From: Candidatus Caldarchaeum sp.
GTDB taxonomy: Archaea > Thermoproteota > Nitrososphaeria_A > Caldarchaeales > Caldarchaeaceae
Length of the DNA: 64,000 bases
Direction of reading: 5' to 3'
Assembly: GCA_038831915.1 (NCBI GenBank)
Contig: JAWBKB010000002.1
Coordinates: forward strand, 32,001-96,000
A model generated the notes under the pieces. The model did not search any database. It was not told the origin of the DNA and saw nothing but the letters and a program-made list of their open reading frames with translations. This document shows positions 46,421 through 56,459 of this stretch, in pieces. Each line of letters begins with the position of its first letter. Positions within the stretch are counted from its first letter, which is position 1. Both the position numbers and the translations under genes were made by a program.

Positions 46421-47293
46421 CTAAACGAGTCCGAGGTCTTTGACGACCTTCAAGTCGTCTTCGTTTTTAATGAGACAAGTAAGCGTAGATGAAAGTATAG
46501 ACGGCGTTATTTCGCGTGCCCTGAGAACCGTTAAGGCATTCGCCCAGTCAAGAGTTTCGGAAATCCCGGGCTTCTTAGTCAACTCATTTACTTGCCTCAG
46601 TTTCTGGACAAACGCTACCACTTCGTCAGCGAGTTTGGTGGACATGTTGGGAACCTTTAGCGAAAGAATTCTACGTTCCTTTTCAGGCGAAGGATAGGTG
46701 ACATAGAGATAAAGACATCTTCGTCTTAGACCGTCCCCGACTTCGCGCGTCCTGTTAGAAGTAATTATGACAACAGGCTTTTTCTTCGCTTTAATAGTTC
46801 CAAGTTCGGGAATTGTGACCTGAAATTCAGCCAGAAACTCAAGAAGAAATCCTTCGAACTCTTCGTCGCTTCGGTCTATTTCATCGATGAGCAGAACCGG
46901 CGGGTTTGGGCCTTCGTACAGCAAGGCCGCCAACAAAGGCCTTTTCAAAAGATATTTTTCGCTGAAAATTTCTTCACTTATTTCGTCGACTGACTTCCTG
47001 TCTTCGAGCAGACGGATATTTATCAATTGTCGCGGATAGTCCCATTCGTAGAGAGCTTGCGAAGCAGTTATTCCTTCGTAACACTGAAGCCTTATCAGCT
47101 CTGTGTCGAGAAGCTTCGCCAGCACTTTTGCGACTTCGGTTTTACCGCAGCCAGGCTCCCCCTCGATGAGTAAAGGTTTTTCCAATTTCAGAGCCAAATA
47201 AACAGCAAGAGCAAGAGGCTCATCAGCTACGTAGAGCTCCTTCTCCATCTCTTTGACCAACATTTCAGGTGTCAGGTCCGATGTCAACAACAT
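46421..47293 (-). CDS. coxD: CoxD/MoxR AAA+ ATPase
   Basis: GEPGCGKT, RLQCYEG, LYEWDY, LIDEIDR, TSNRTRE. Confidence 0.92.
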   Translation of the reverse strand: MLLTSDLTPEMLVKEMEKELYVADEPLALAVYLALKLEKPLLIEGEPGCGKTEVAKVLAKLLDTELIRLQCYEGITASQALYEWDYPRQLINIRLLEDRKSVDEISEEIFSEKYLLKRPLLAALLYEGPNPPVLLIDEIDRSDEEFEGFLLEFLAEFQVTIPELGTIKAKKKPVVIITSNRTREVGDGLRRRCLYLYVTYPSPEKERRILSLKVPNMSTKLADEVVAFVQKLRQVNELTKKPGISETLDWANALTVLRAREITPSILSSTLTCLIKNEDDLKVVKDLGLV

Positions 47294-47385
47294 CTTTACG
47301 GTGTTATCCGGATTTTATTAAACTATGTCCAACTTAACGTGAATTACTAAAAATTTTTAAAGAAGCCCAATCCCTACACCAATCG

Positions 47386-48261
47386 ATGATTCCAAGGCAA
47401 TTTGAATACTTCGCCCCTACGACCCTTGCTCAGGCAGTTGCTCTATTGAGGAAATATAAAGAGGATGCGAAAATTCTCAGCGGCGGTATGAGCCTCATTC
47501 CGATGATGAAGCTCCGCCTTCTTTCTCCTCAGTACATTATCGATATTAACCACATCAAAGGGCTCAATTACATCAAGGACACTGGTAAGTCGGTTCGAAT
47601 CGGTGCGTTGGTCCGACATGCTGACATCGAACATTCGCCCATCTTCAAGCAGAAGTTTCCGATGATGGTGGACGCAGCGGCTCATATTGCTGACATGCAG
47701 GTTAGGAATTTGGGGACCTTCTGCGGAGCACTTGCTCACGCCGATCCAGCTGCCGACTGGCCTGCATCAGCTCTCGCTCTCGATGCCGAACTAGTGGCCA
47801 AAGGCACGTCAAAAAGAATCATAAAGGCAACGAAATTCTTCAAAGGCCCCTTTGAAACCGCTCTGAAGCCGACCGAGATATTGGTCGAAGCAGTCCTCCC
47901 AGTTCCGAAAGGTGCCAAAGTAGGTCAAGCCTATCTTAAATTTGAACGAAAGGCCGGTGACTACGCCATCGTCGGCGTTGCGTCATCAGTCGTTTTAAAC
48001 GAAGAAAACGAAATCGAAAAAGCGGCTATTGCGTTGACCGCAGTCAACCCGTATCCATTCAGGGCGACCGATGCAGAAGAAATTCTCATCGGGCAGAAAC
48101 CAACAAAGGAACTCATTGAGCAGGCGGCCAAAACGGCTTCCGCGATGTCAGACCCATCGTCAGACCTCCGGGGCTCTGCTGAATACAAGAAAGAGATGGC
48201 GAAAGTTTTTACTCGAAGGTCCTTATATAGGGCTTTAGAACGTGTTGGAATAGCTTTGTAG
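47386..48261 (+). CDS. coxM: Molybdenum hydroxylase FAD subunit (CoxM/CutB)
   Basis: GGMSLIPMMKLR, QVRNLGT, HADPAAD, DLRGSAEYK. Confidence 0.93.
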   Translation: MIPRQFEYFAPTTLAQAVALLRKYKEDAKILSGGMSLIPMMKLRLLSPQYIIDINHIKGLNYIKDTGKSVRIGALVRHADIEHSPIFKQKFPMMVDAAAHIADMQVRNLGTFCGALAHADPAADWPASALALDAELVAKGTSKRIIKATKFFKGPFETALKPTEILVEAVLPVPKGAKVGQAYLKFERKAGDYAIVGVASSVVLNEENEIEKAAIALTAVNPYPFRATDAEEILIGQKPTKELIEQAAKTASAMSDPSSDLRGSAEYKKEMAKVFTRRSLYRALERVGIAL

Positions 48262-48271
48262 GTGATGGTGT

Positions 48272-48811
48272 ATGCCCGCGAAGAAAACTAAACAGCCCGT
48301 TTCTCCGAAGAAGCAGGTCACCATAGAAATCAACGGGACAAAGTATTCCTACGAAGTTGAGCCGAGGCTTTTGCTAGTGCATTTTATACGTGAATTTGCA
48401 GGGCTCACCGGAACCCATATTGGCTGTGACACAACCAACTGTGGTGCATGCACGATTTTGATGGAAATGGATGGGAAGTGGAAGGCAATCAAATCCTGCA
48501 CATATTTCGCCGTCCAGGCTAACGGTAAGAGAATTATCACAATCGAGGGCATGGCGAAGGGTGAGGAGCTTCATCCCCTTCAGAAAGCTTTCTGGGAGAA
48601 CCATGGTCTACAATGTGGTTACTGCACTCCCGGTATGATTATGGCGGCTGCTGGATTTCTGATGATTAACCCGAACCCGACTGAGGAAGAAGTGCGACAT
48701 GGCATATCTGGCAACCTATGCAGATGCACCGGATACGTGAACATTGTAAAATCCATACTCGCTGCCGCTGAAGAGATAAGAGCTTCGGGCAAACCCGTTA
48801 TAGAGGTTTAA
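48272..48811 (+). CDS. coxS: Molybdenum hydroxylase 2x[2Fe-2S] subunit (CoxS/CutC)
   Basis: [30 protein letters not shown]. Confidence 0.95.
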   Translation: MPAKKTKQPVSPKKQVTIEINGTKYSYEVEPRLLLVHFIREFAGLTGTHIGCDTTNCGACTILMEMDGKWKAIKSCTYFAVQANGKRIITIEGMAKGEELHPLQKAFWENHGLQCGYCTPGMIMAAAGFLMINPNPTEEEVRHGISGNLCRCTGYVNIVKSILAAAEEIRASGKPVIEV

Positions 48812-48816
48812 GTTTC

Positions 48817-49272
48817 ATGAAGCTTTCCGACAAATTTGTAGTCGCGGCCGACAGAGCGGCTGTTTTCAAATTCGTGACAGATCCCGACAGCTTCATCAAG
48901 CTCATACCTGACCTGCAGAAGTACGAGAAGGTGGACGACCGCAACTTCAAAGTTGTTTTCAAGATCGGGCTTGGAATGATCAAGGGAACGCTCAACATGG
49001 CGTTTAAGCTGGAGGAAGTTAAAGAGCCTGAATTCGTCAAAGTGGTTGGTCGTGGTTCGGGGCTTCAGTCTACGGCCGACCTTGTCCTCAACCTTTCTTT
49101 AAATCAGGCTGACGGTGGCACCGAGGTCTCCTGGGACGCCGACATAGTCGTCGGAGGACTTGTAGCAAGCGTCGGTAGCCGGCTCCTCGAATCCACCACA
49201 AAAACGAAGGTCAGGGAAATTGTCGAAGGTTTAAAACGAGAGCTGGAAGGCGGGAAAAAGAAGAAGAAATAG
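48817..49272 (+). CDS. coxG: CoxG/SRPBCC family protein
   Basis: VFKFVTDP..IP, GLVASVGSRL; follows coxS. Confidence 0.85.
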   Translation: MKLSDKFVVAADRAAVFKFVTDPDSFIKLIPDLQKYEKVDDRNFKVVFKIGLGMIKGTLNMAFKLEEVKEPEFVKVVGRGSGLQSTADLVLNLSLNQADGGTEVSWDADIVVGGLVASVGSRLLESTTKTKVREIVEGLKRELEGGKKKKK

Positions 49273-49324
49273 ATATTCCACATATCTTTAAAGCCGACAT
49301 AAATTCGTATGGGTTGGATAAGAT

Positions 49325-51511
49325 ATGCCGAGAGTTAAACGAATCTCTGAAGTTGTCGACATCCTGAAGAACAAAGACAACATTAGGAACATCGGAATCA
49401 TCGCCCACGTCGACCACGGAAAAACAACGACCTCGGACAGCCTGCTCGCCGCAGCCGGGCTTCTTTCTCCCTCACTCGCCGGACGAGCCCTGGCTCTTGA
49501 CTACTTGGAAGAAGAACAACAACGACAAATGACCATCAAAGCAGCCAACGTTTCGCTCTATTATGAAACAGACGGTAAGCAATACATTGTGAACTTGATC
49601 GACACGCCGGGACACGTGGATTTTTCGGGAAGGGTCACACGGGCTTTGCGAGCAATAGACGGAGCCATCGTGGTCGTCGACGCGGTAGAAGGAGTGATGA
49701 CCCAAACCGAGACAGTCATTCGACAGGCTTTGAGTGAAAGAGTAAGGCCTGTGCTTTACATAAACAAAATGGATAGGCTTGTGAAAGAGCTGCGGCTGCC
49801 GACGGAAAGAATACAGGAAACTTTGGCCCGAATTGTTCGCGACGTGAACAACCTCATCGAGATGTATGGTGAGCCTGAGCAGAGAGAGAAATGGAAGCTC
49901 AGCTTCGCTGATAACACTGTTGCTTTAGGCAGCTCAAAAGATCGATGGGGTTTCACGGTCAAACAGGCTCAGCAGAAAGGCATTAAATTCAGCGACGTAA
50001 TCGATGCTTTCAGTCGTGAAGACATCGACTGGCTTCGCCAGAAAACACCGTTGCATGAAGCGTTGCTGGAAATGGTAATTTCGAAACATCCGCCTCCACA
50101 CGTGGCGCAGAAGTACCGGATTTCAAAAATTTGGAAAGGAGATTTGGAAAGCGAAGTTGGTCAAGCTATGCTGGAATGTGATGAAAAAGGGCCCACTGTT
50201 ATGGCTGTGACAGACGTGCGGGTCGACCCACAGGCCGGCGTAGTAGCGACTGGCAGGCTTTTCAGCGGAACCATAAGCGAAGGAGACTCCGTCATCATCA
50301 TCGGGAGAAACATATCAGGCCGTGTTCAACAGGTCGGTGTTTACATGGGGCCCGCCAGGGAAATAGTTGGAAGTATTCCGGCTGGAAACATTCCAGCCAT
50401 TCTGGGACTCAGCGAAGTGCGTGCAGGAGACACACTTGGCTCGGTTGAAACCGTTCCCTTCGAATCGCTGAAGTACGTATCTGAGCCGGTTGTCACGATT
50501 TCGGTCGAGCCAAAGTACAGCAGAGACCTTCCGAAGCTCGTCGAATTCCTCAACAAACTATCCATCGAAGACCCAACACTTGTAGCAATCGTCAGACCTG
50601 AAACCGGTGAATACCTGATCAGCGGTATGGGCACTCTGCATCTAGAAATAGCGTTGACCTGGATACAGAAAGCAGGTCTCGAAATCGTTTCGGGCAGGCC
50701 GATCATCCTTTATCGTGAAACCATTCAGACGAAGGGCCGTGAATTCGAAGGAAAATCACCTAACAGGCACAACCGCATTTACACCATGGTTGAGCCGTTA
50801 GAACCCGAAATCATCGAGCTAATAAGAAAAGGTGAGCTTTTCGACGAAATGGACAGAAAACAGGTCGCAAAAATTCTGAGAGACCATGGATGGGATGCTG
50901 ATTTGGCGAGAAACGTCTGGGTTATCGACGGAAGAGGAAACATCTTAGTCGACGCGACAAAAGGTGCTCAGTATTTGCAGGAGTCAAAAATGATGATCAT
51001 AGGTGGATTTCAACGCGTGATGCAGGAAGGCCCGCTGGCGGCTGAAAACATGAGAGGTGTTAAAGCGATTTTGACACAGGTGGAGCTTCATGAAGACCCC
51101 GTGCACAGAGGATACGCCCAAATAGCCCCCGCCACATGGAGAAGTCTTTATGCGAGCGTTTTATCGGCTACTCCAACCTTGCTTGAACCAGTTCTAAAGA
51201 TCGAAGCCAAAGTCGCTCCAGAATTCATGGGAGCTGTGACATCAACGATAACCAGCAAAAGAGGCCGCGTGCTAGACGTCAAACAAGCCGAATACGTCAC
51301 GGTTGTTATCGGTGAAATTCCCGCCAGCGAAACCTTCGACCTCAGCGAAGCCATGAGAAGCGCCACGATGGGCAAAGCTTTCTGGGCCACTGAATTCAGT
51401 CAATGGAAACCAGTGCCAGCATCGATAAAGGACAAAGTCATTCAGGAAATCAGGAAAAGAAAAGGATTGCCGCCTGAATTACCGACGATATCACAATTCG
51501 TCGAAGAATAA
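49325..51511 (+). CDS. fusA: Elongation factor aEF-2
   Basis: AHVDHGKTT, DTPGHVDF, NKMD, KSPNRHN, HEDPVHRG. Confidence 0.97.
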   Translation: MPRVKRISEVVDILKNKDNIRNIGIIAHVDHGKTTTSDSLLAAAGLLSPSLAGRALALDYLEEEQQRQMTIKAANVSLYYETDGKQYIVNLIDTPGHVDFSGRVTRALRAIDGAIVVVDAVEGVMTQTETVIRQALSERVRPVLYINKMDRLVKELRLPTERIQETLARIVRDVNNLIEMYGEPEQREKWKLSFADNTVALGSSKDRWGFTVKQAQQKGIKFSDVIDAFSREDIDWLRQKTPLHEALLEMVISKHPPPHVAQKYRISKIWKGDLESEVGQAMLECDEKGPTVMAVTDVRVDPQAGVVATGRLFSGTISEGDSVIIIGRNISGRVQQVGVYMGPAREIVGSIPAGNIPAILGLSEVRAGDTLGSVETVPFESLKYVSEPVVTISVEPKYSRDLPKLVEFLNKLSIEDPTLVAIVRPETGEYLISGMGTLHLEIALTWIQKAGLEIVSGRPIILYRETIQTKGREFEGKSPNRHNRIYTMVEPLEPEIIELIRKGELFDEMDRKQVAKILRDHGWDADLARNVWVIDGRGNILVDATKGAQYLQESKMMIIGGFQRVMQEGPLAAENMRGVKAILTQVELHEDPVHRGYAQIAPATWRSLYASVLSATPTLLEPVLKIEAKVAPEFMGAVTSTITSKRGRVLDVKQAEYVTVVIGEIPASETFDLSEAMRSATMGKAFWATEFSQWKPVPASIKDKVIQEIRKRKGLPPELPTISQFVEE

Positions 51512-51513
51512 AT

Positions 51514-52416
51514 TCAAGATTTTTCTGTTTTCTTTATCAAGACATTCCACGTCGATTCGTCTTCCATCAAAAGCTTCATTTCTTCGAACGTCAGCTTCTC
51601 CCCATGCGAAAGCTTTTCCATCGCCCTTGTCTTGATTTTTTCCTTCATCATGTATTCCCTTGTCCTTATTTCAAGTTCACGCGACTTTTTGACAAATTCC
51701 TGCAACTCCACAAGCCGTGAAATCATCAGGATTTCCTCAGCTTCACACATCTGAGCCTTCTTCTTCATCTCGAGAAAAGTATTGTGATGTGTGTCAGCTT
51801 CGGGCTTAAGCTGCTGAATTAAATCTTTAACAGACTGAATTGCGTGTTTCGCGGCTTGAAGCTCCTCTTTTTTCTGTTTGATTTTTTCTCGAAGAGCTCT
51901 GGCTTCTTCATATAGCGGAGCAGTTGAATTGTTTAGTTCCCGAAGTTTTTCGGCCACTCCTTCGCGTTTCTGCACTTCCGCTAAAAGCTTGTTCAGGTGA
52001 CGAAGTTCTTCGTAGATTTTCTTCTCTTCCTCAGGTCGGAGAATTTCAGTTTCAACCCTCTGTTCAAGATCACGTATACGTCGTATGATTTCCTGACCGG
52101 TGTATCCTTTAGCGTTGTCAGCTATTTGTGTGGATAAAATTGTTTGCTTCTCCAACCTTTTTTCGTTAATTTTCTTAACTACTTCGTCGAGCCGTGCACG
52201 CAGCTCGGCCAACTCAGACCGAAGCTGTGAAACTCGCTCTAGATAGGATGAATTTTTTTCCTTTATTTCTTTAATCCGCGCATGAATTTTATCCCTCTTT
52301 TCAAGTGCCTTCTGGGCTTCTTCTTCGTATTCAGCTTTCTTCTTCCGCAGCTCAGCGAGCCTAGCTCGTATTTGGTAAATTTCCTCCTCGACCGCCGAAA
52401 CGTTTTCTTCAGTCAC
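51514..52416 (-). CDS. Archaeal coiled-coil protein
   Basis: Heptad-rich, E/K-rich; C-terminal GEKLTFEEMKLL. Confidence 0.75.
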   Translation of the reverse strand: MTEENVSAVEEEIYQIRARLAELRKKKAEYEEEAQKALEKRDKIHARIKEIKEKNSSYLERVSQLRSELAELRARLDEVVKKINEKRLEKQTILSTQIADNAKGYTGQEIIRRIRDLEQRVETEILRPEEEKKIYEELRHLNKLLAEVQKREGVAEKLRELNNSTAPLYEEARALREKIKQKKEELQAAKHAIQSVKDLIQQLKPEADTHHNTFLEMKKKAQMCEAEEILMISRLVELQEFVKKSRELEIRTREYMMKEKIKTRAMEKLSHGEKLTFEEMKLLMEDESTWNVLIKKTEKS

Positions 52417-53186
52417 TGTAGCTCAACCTCACCTTCACCGTATATACGTGTAAGAGTCGCGAAAAGCTCGTTGAACCCTTCGAACGTTCTGGACGAAACA
52501 GCTATGAGGGGGACGCTGTTTGACAATTCCCACAAGCTTTCCACGATTTCACGTGAAAGAGTGAGCTGCAGCTCGTTCAGCGACCCTGCTGCATGGGTTG
52601 GAAATGAGTCCTCCGTTTCATGCCAGCGAAGGATCCGTGCAATATAACGGGCTGGCACAGCGTCAACTCTGCTCAACAAGTTAACAGCGGGAAGGCCCAG
52701 TGAAAGAGTTGTCGAAACAGAAAGGAAAAGCGAAGCAGCATAGTTACGCGGACTCGTGCAAAGTAAAGCATCCATCAAAAACAGAAGGAGTTTTCTTCCG
52801 TTCGACAGTTTTTTAGCGATAATCCTTCCCTCTTTTCTGAAGGCGAAAAGTTCAAGCTGGCCAGGTGTGTCCACCAGAATCCATTCGGCGTTTATTTCTT
52901 CGACGGTGCTCGCTATTTCTTCGATGTTTCTCGTAGCTTCTCTGACCGAGGCGATCAAGGCTCCGTTAGGCCCAAGGCTTTTCGAAGCCATTATCCTTTC
53001 ATAGTCAACAAATTCTCGAACGTCCACATCTGGGTCGTATGGGAGAGTTATTGCAGCAGGGTCCATGTTAACGGTGGCCGATGTTTGACCATGGTCTCTC
53101 AACCATTCGGCGAACACACCTGCCAACGATGACTTACCCGAGCCAGCTGTTCCAACCACGAAAATTATCCGGCTGATGTCAATCAA
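52413..53186 (-). CDS. GPN-loop GTPase
   Basis: GTAGSGKS, NMDPA, LGPNGAL, DTPGQLE. Confidence 0.93.
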   Translation of the reverse strand: MIDISRIIFVVGTAGSGKSSLAGVFAEWLRDHGQTSATVNMDPAAITLPYDPDVDVREFVDYERIMASKSLGPNGALIASVREATRNIEEIASTVEEINAEWILVDTPGQLELFAFRKEGRIIAKKLSNGRKLLLFLMDALLCTSPRNYAASLFLSVSTTLSLGLPAVNLLSRVDAVPARYIARILRWHETEDSFPTHAAGSLNELQLTLSREIVESLWELSNSVPLIAVSSRTFEGFNELFATLTRIYGEGEVELQ

Positions 53187-53273
53187 AGTTACCTAACTCC
53201 TCTCTCCCACTGAGAATGACGCTATTTAGACTTTCCCGACAAAATTAATACGCCTTGTTCACAGCAAGCAAAC

Positions 53274-53420
53274 ATGGAAAAAGCAGTTGAGAAACTTCTC
53301 CGAATAGCCGGAATAGAGTACCGCGATGTAAAGAATCGATTTGACGACAGCGCTTGGAAGAACATAGAAATTCTTGAAGAACTACTCGAGGTTGTCGAAG
53401 ATGATGACAGGCCATTTTGA
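53274..53420 (+). CDS. 48-aa protein overlapping the amidase start (possible GatC/AtzG-like partner)
   Basis: Manual translation MEKAVEKLLRIAGIEYRDVKNRFDDSAWKNIEILEELLEVVEDDDRPF*; ATG about 25 nt after AATTAATA. Confidence 0.6.
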   Translation: MEKAVEKLLRIAGIEYRDVKNRFDDSAWKNIEILEELLEVVEDDDRPF

Positions 53421-54729
53421 GGCCGCGGAAGAGCTGAGTAAAATTTTGAAATCCAGACGATTTGACGCGGTTGAAAGATGGGAGAAACAGCGTAAAAAGA
53501 TTCTTGAACTTAACCCGTTGGTTAACGCTTACATAACTGTTTTCGACAAACCGTTATGCCGTAAAGATTTCCGGAAAAGACTTTTGAGGGGTTTGACCGT
53601 TGCCGTTAAAGATGTTTTCCATGTCAGCGGTTATCCGACGACAGCTGGGTCCAAGCTTTTCGCCAACCGTGTTTCCAGTCACACGGCCCCAGTCGTCGAA
53701 AAGCTTTTGGAGGCGGGGGCGGCGGTCAACGGAAAAACAAATCTGCATGAATTCGCATTTGGAGTCTCAAACATCAATCCTCATTTCGGCGCTTGCAAAA
53801 ATCCGTTTGATTTGGCTCGTGTTTCAGGCGGTTCGAGCGGAGGCTCGGCTGTGGCTGTTGCATTAGGAATGTGTGATATCGGTCTAGGTACCGACACGGC
53901 TGGCTCGGTTAGAATTCCAGCTTCGTTCTGCGGTGTTGTCGGATTCAAGCCATCCATCGGTTCTTTAAGCACAGAAGGAGTTATACCGCTTAGCTGGAGC
54001 CTTGACCACGTCGGAACACTTTCAAGAAGCGTTTGGGAAACCGCAGTCGCCTACGCAGTGATGACGAACAAGGTCAAAGAAATATCCAAAATAACGCCAG
54101 CAAAGCTCGAACGGCTGAAAATCGGAGTTCCCATCAACTATTTCCTGGAATATCTCTCTCATGATGTGAGAGAAATGTTTGAACAAAGCCTGAAAAAAAT
54201 GGAAGCCAAGGGAGCTGAATTGGTTGACATACATGTTCCAGATGTCGAAAAAGCAGTTAGGTGTCGGACGGTCATAGGTTTTGCAGAATCATCGGCCTAT
54301 CACCTCGGTGTATGCAAAGGCAATCTCGCGGTTTACGGAGAAGATGTAAAACAAAGAATAGTGGCAGGGCTGTCAATCACTGCAGTAGGATATCTAACCG
54401 CGTTAAGGGCTAGGAAAAAACTCGTCGCTAAGTTCCGACAGGTTTTCAACCAAGTTGACGTTTTGGCAACTCCGACAACGACGATAACGGCTCACCGAAT
54501 CGATGAACAAGAAATAGACGTAGACGGCAAAATAATAAATGTCCGTGCAGCAACTCTCAGGAACACCGAGCCATTCAACCTATACGGTGTACCCTCGATC
54601 AGCATCCCCATGGGCTTTTCAAGCAAAGGATTACCTACCGGACTTCAGCTAGTCGCTGATTTCGGCGAAGACTTCAAACTTCTAGGCATCGCCTACGGTG
54701 TTGAGAAGCTCTTCAAGACTTCGAGCTAA
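53401..54729 (+). CDS. Amidase signature family (GatA-like) enzyme
   Basis: VKD, GKTNLHEFA, GGSSGGSA, GTDTAGSVRIPA, GLPTGLQL. Confidence 0.92.
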   Translation: MMTGHFEAAEELSKILKSRRFDAVERWEKQRKKILELNPLVNAYITVFDKPLCRKDFRKRLLRGLTVAVKDVFHVSGYPTTAGSKLFANRVSSHTAPVVEKLLEAGAAVNGKTNLHEFAFGVSNINPHFGACKNPFDLARVSGGSSGGSAVAVALGMCDIGLGTDTAGSVRIPASFCGVVGFKPSIGSLSTEGVIPLSWSLDHVGTLSRSVWETAVAYAVMTNKVKEISKITPAKLERLKIGVPINYFLEYLSHDVREMFEQSLKKMEAKGAELVDIHVPDVEKAVRCRTVIGFAESSAYHLGVCKGNLAVYGEDVKQRIVAGLSITAVGYLTALRARKKLVAKFRQVFNQVDVLATPTTTITAHRIDEQEIDVDGKIINVRAATLRNTEPFNLYGVPSISIPMGFSSKGLPTGLQLVADFGEDFKLLGIAYGVEKLFKTSS

Positions 54730-54916
54730 GCCACCATTCGAGATATTCTTCTCGTTTCTTCCTTTTCCTGTCTGCCTCGAATTTGCTGTTAAATCTTTTC
54801 TCCCGGTCAATCAACAAATCCTGAGACGTGTAGGTTCCCCCGCATCCTGTACACGTGTAGGTCCTGGTTTCGCGGTCGTAGACGAGACTAGCTCCACATT
54901 CAAAGCATAGGGCCAT
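54713..54916 (-). CDS. Small zinc-ribbon protein
   Basis: CFECG..CTGCG, basic tail ending EYLEWWLSSK. Confidence 0.7.
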   Translation of the reverse strand: MALCFECGASLVYDRETRTYTCTGCGGTYTSQDLLIDREKRFNSKFEADRKRKKREEYLEWWLSSKS

Positions 54917-55014
54917 CGGCTTCGTTGACTAGCTATCCGTGCCGTATATAGGTTTAAGCCTACGCTAACTTTATTTAATCCCCGTCTCGTCTGATGTAGC
55001 AGGTGCATTAAGAA

Positions 55015-55749
55015 ATGGCTTTAGGCATGACGGGTGCCTATGACAGAGCGATCACGGTTTTTTCACCTCAGGGCCGTCTTTACCAAGTTGAATACGCTTT
55101 AGAAACTGTCCGGTCAGGGTCGACGGCATTGTCGCTGGTCTGTAACGAAGGTGTTGTTTTGGCTGTTGAGGAAAGGATGCATACCAAGCTGCAGAACCCT
55201 GATTTTTCTTGGAAAATTTTCCAGATAGACGAACACATTGGAGCCGCCACTGCCGGGCTTAATTCAGACGCCAGAGTTTTGGTTGACAACGCACGCGTCT
55301 ACGCTCAAACACTTCGGCTATCATACGACGAAGAACCGTTGGTCGAAGCTGTTGCACGCCGTGTTGGGGACATCATGCAAATCTACACCCAGCATGCAGG
55401 CGTGAGACCCTTTGGAACGGCGCTCCTCATCGGAGGAGTCGATAAAACAGGGCCACGGCTTTTCTACGCAGAACCCAGTGGCCTAATTCTCGAATACAAC
55501 GCATGGGCCATCGGAAGAGGAGCTGAAAAAGTAAGGGAGCTCTTCGAAAACAACTACAATCGTTCGATGACTCTTCAAGCAGGCGTGGAGCTCAGCCTCA
55601 GAGCATTAGTAGAATCCGTTGACAAAATCGAAGAGGGCTGGACGGTCCGGCTTGTCACAATCCCAATAACGACCAAGAAATACACGATGAAGCCTCAGTC
55701 GGAGCTTTTACCGATTCTTAATGATTTGCTCAAGTCTAAGAAACAGTAG
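55015..55749 (+). CDS. psmA: Proteasome subunit alpha
   Basis: YDRAITVFSPQGRLYQVEYA, GVRPFG. Confidence 0.97.
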   Translation: MALGMTGAYDRAITVFSPQGRLYQVEYALETVRSGSTALSLVCNEGVVLAVEERMHTKLQNPDFSWKIFQIDEHIGAATAGLNSDARVLVDNARVYAQTLRLSYDEEPLVEAVARRVGDIMQIYTQHAGVRPFGTALLIGGVDKTGPRLFYAEPSGLILEYNAWAIGRGAEKVRELFENNYNRSMTLQAGVELSLRALVESVDKIEEGWTVRLVTIPITTKKYTMKPQSELLPILNDLLKSKKQ

Positions 55750-55760
55750 TTGAGCAAAGA

Positions 55761-56459
55761 ATGCCTAAACAGAAAGAGACGTACACAATCGCTAGGCTCG
55801 GCGTAGGAGAAACCACTTTCGAAATTCTCGTCGACCCAGACAACGCACTCAAATACAAAATGGGCGAGAAAATCCCAATCTCGAAGATACTGGTCTATGA
55901 CGAGGTTTTCAAAGACTGGAAAAAAGGAATAAGGGCGTCAGAGGCGGATTTGAAGAAATCCTTCGGCATCACCGATGTTAGGCAGGTTGCTGAGAAAATT
56001 ATGTCCGAGGGGGAAGTATTGATCACAGCTGAACAGCGGCGGCGACTCATCGAGGAGAAGAAGCGTCAAATCATCGACTTTATTTCGAGAAACGCTATTG
56101 ACCCGAGGACCAATGCTCCTCATCCGCCCCAGAGAATCGAGCTTGCGTTGGAGCAGGTGGGATTATCCATCGACCCGTTTTGCGACCCGAAGCAGGAGGC
56201 GATGAAGGCGGTTGAAAGACTCCGGAAAATTCTGCCGCTGAAAATCGGTAACGTGCGTGTTGAAATCAGGGTTGCGGGTGAATTCGTTGGAAAGGTTTAC
56301 GGATTGATACGTAGCATGGGAACGATGGTCGAAGAAGGATGGCTTGGGGACGGAAGCTGGCGATGTCTAGCCGAAATTCCAACAGGTTTACATGCGGACC
56401 TCGTCGACCGACTGAACAAAATCTGCGGCGGAAGGGTGGAGATTAAGCCGGTGACTTAA
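55761..56459 (+). CDS. Ribosome maturation factor SBDS/Sdo1
   Basis: FEILVDP, QRRRLIEEKKRQI, DPRTNAPHPPQRIE. Confidence 0.95.
   Translation: MPKQKETYTIARLGVGETTFEILVDPDNALKYKMGEKIPISKILVYDEVFKDWKKGIRASEADLKKSFGITDVRQVAEKIMSEGEVLITAEQRRRLIEEKKRQIIDFISRNAIDPRTNAPHPPQRIELALEQVGLSIDPFCDPKQEAMKAVERLRKILPLKIGNVRVEIRVAGEFVGKVYGLIRSMGTMVEEGWLGDGSWRCLAEIPTGLHADLVDRLNKICGGRVEIKPVT

Noticed and set aside
51085-51130. EF-2 as a diphthamide-less paralog (HRGYAQ instead of HRGPAQ)
   Set aside because: The target His and HRG are intact; one substitution is not enough evidence.
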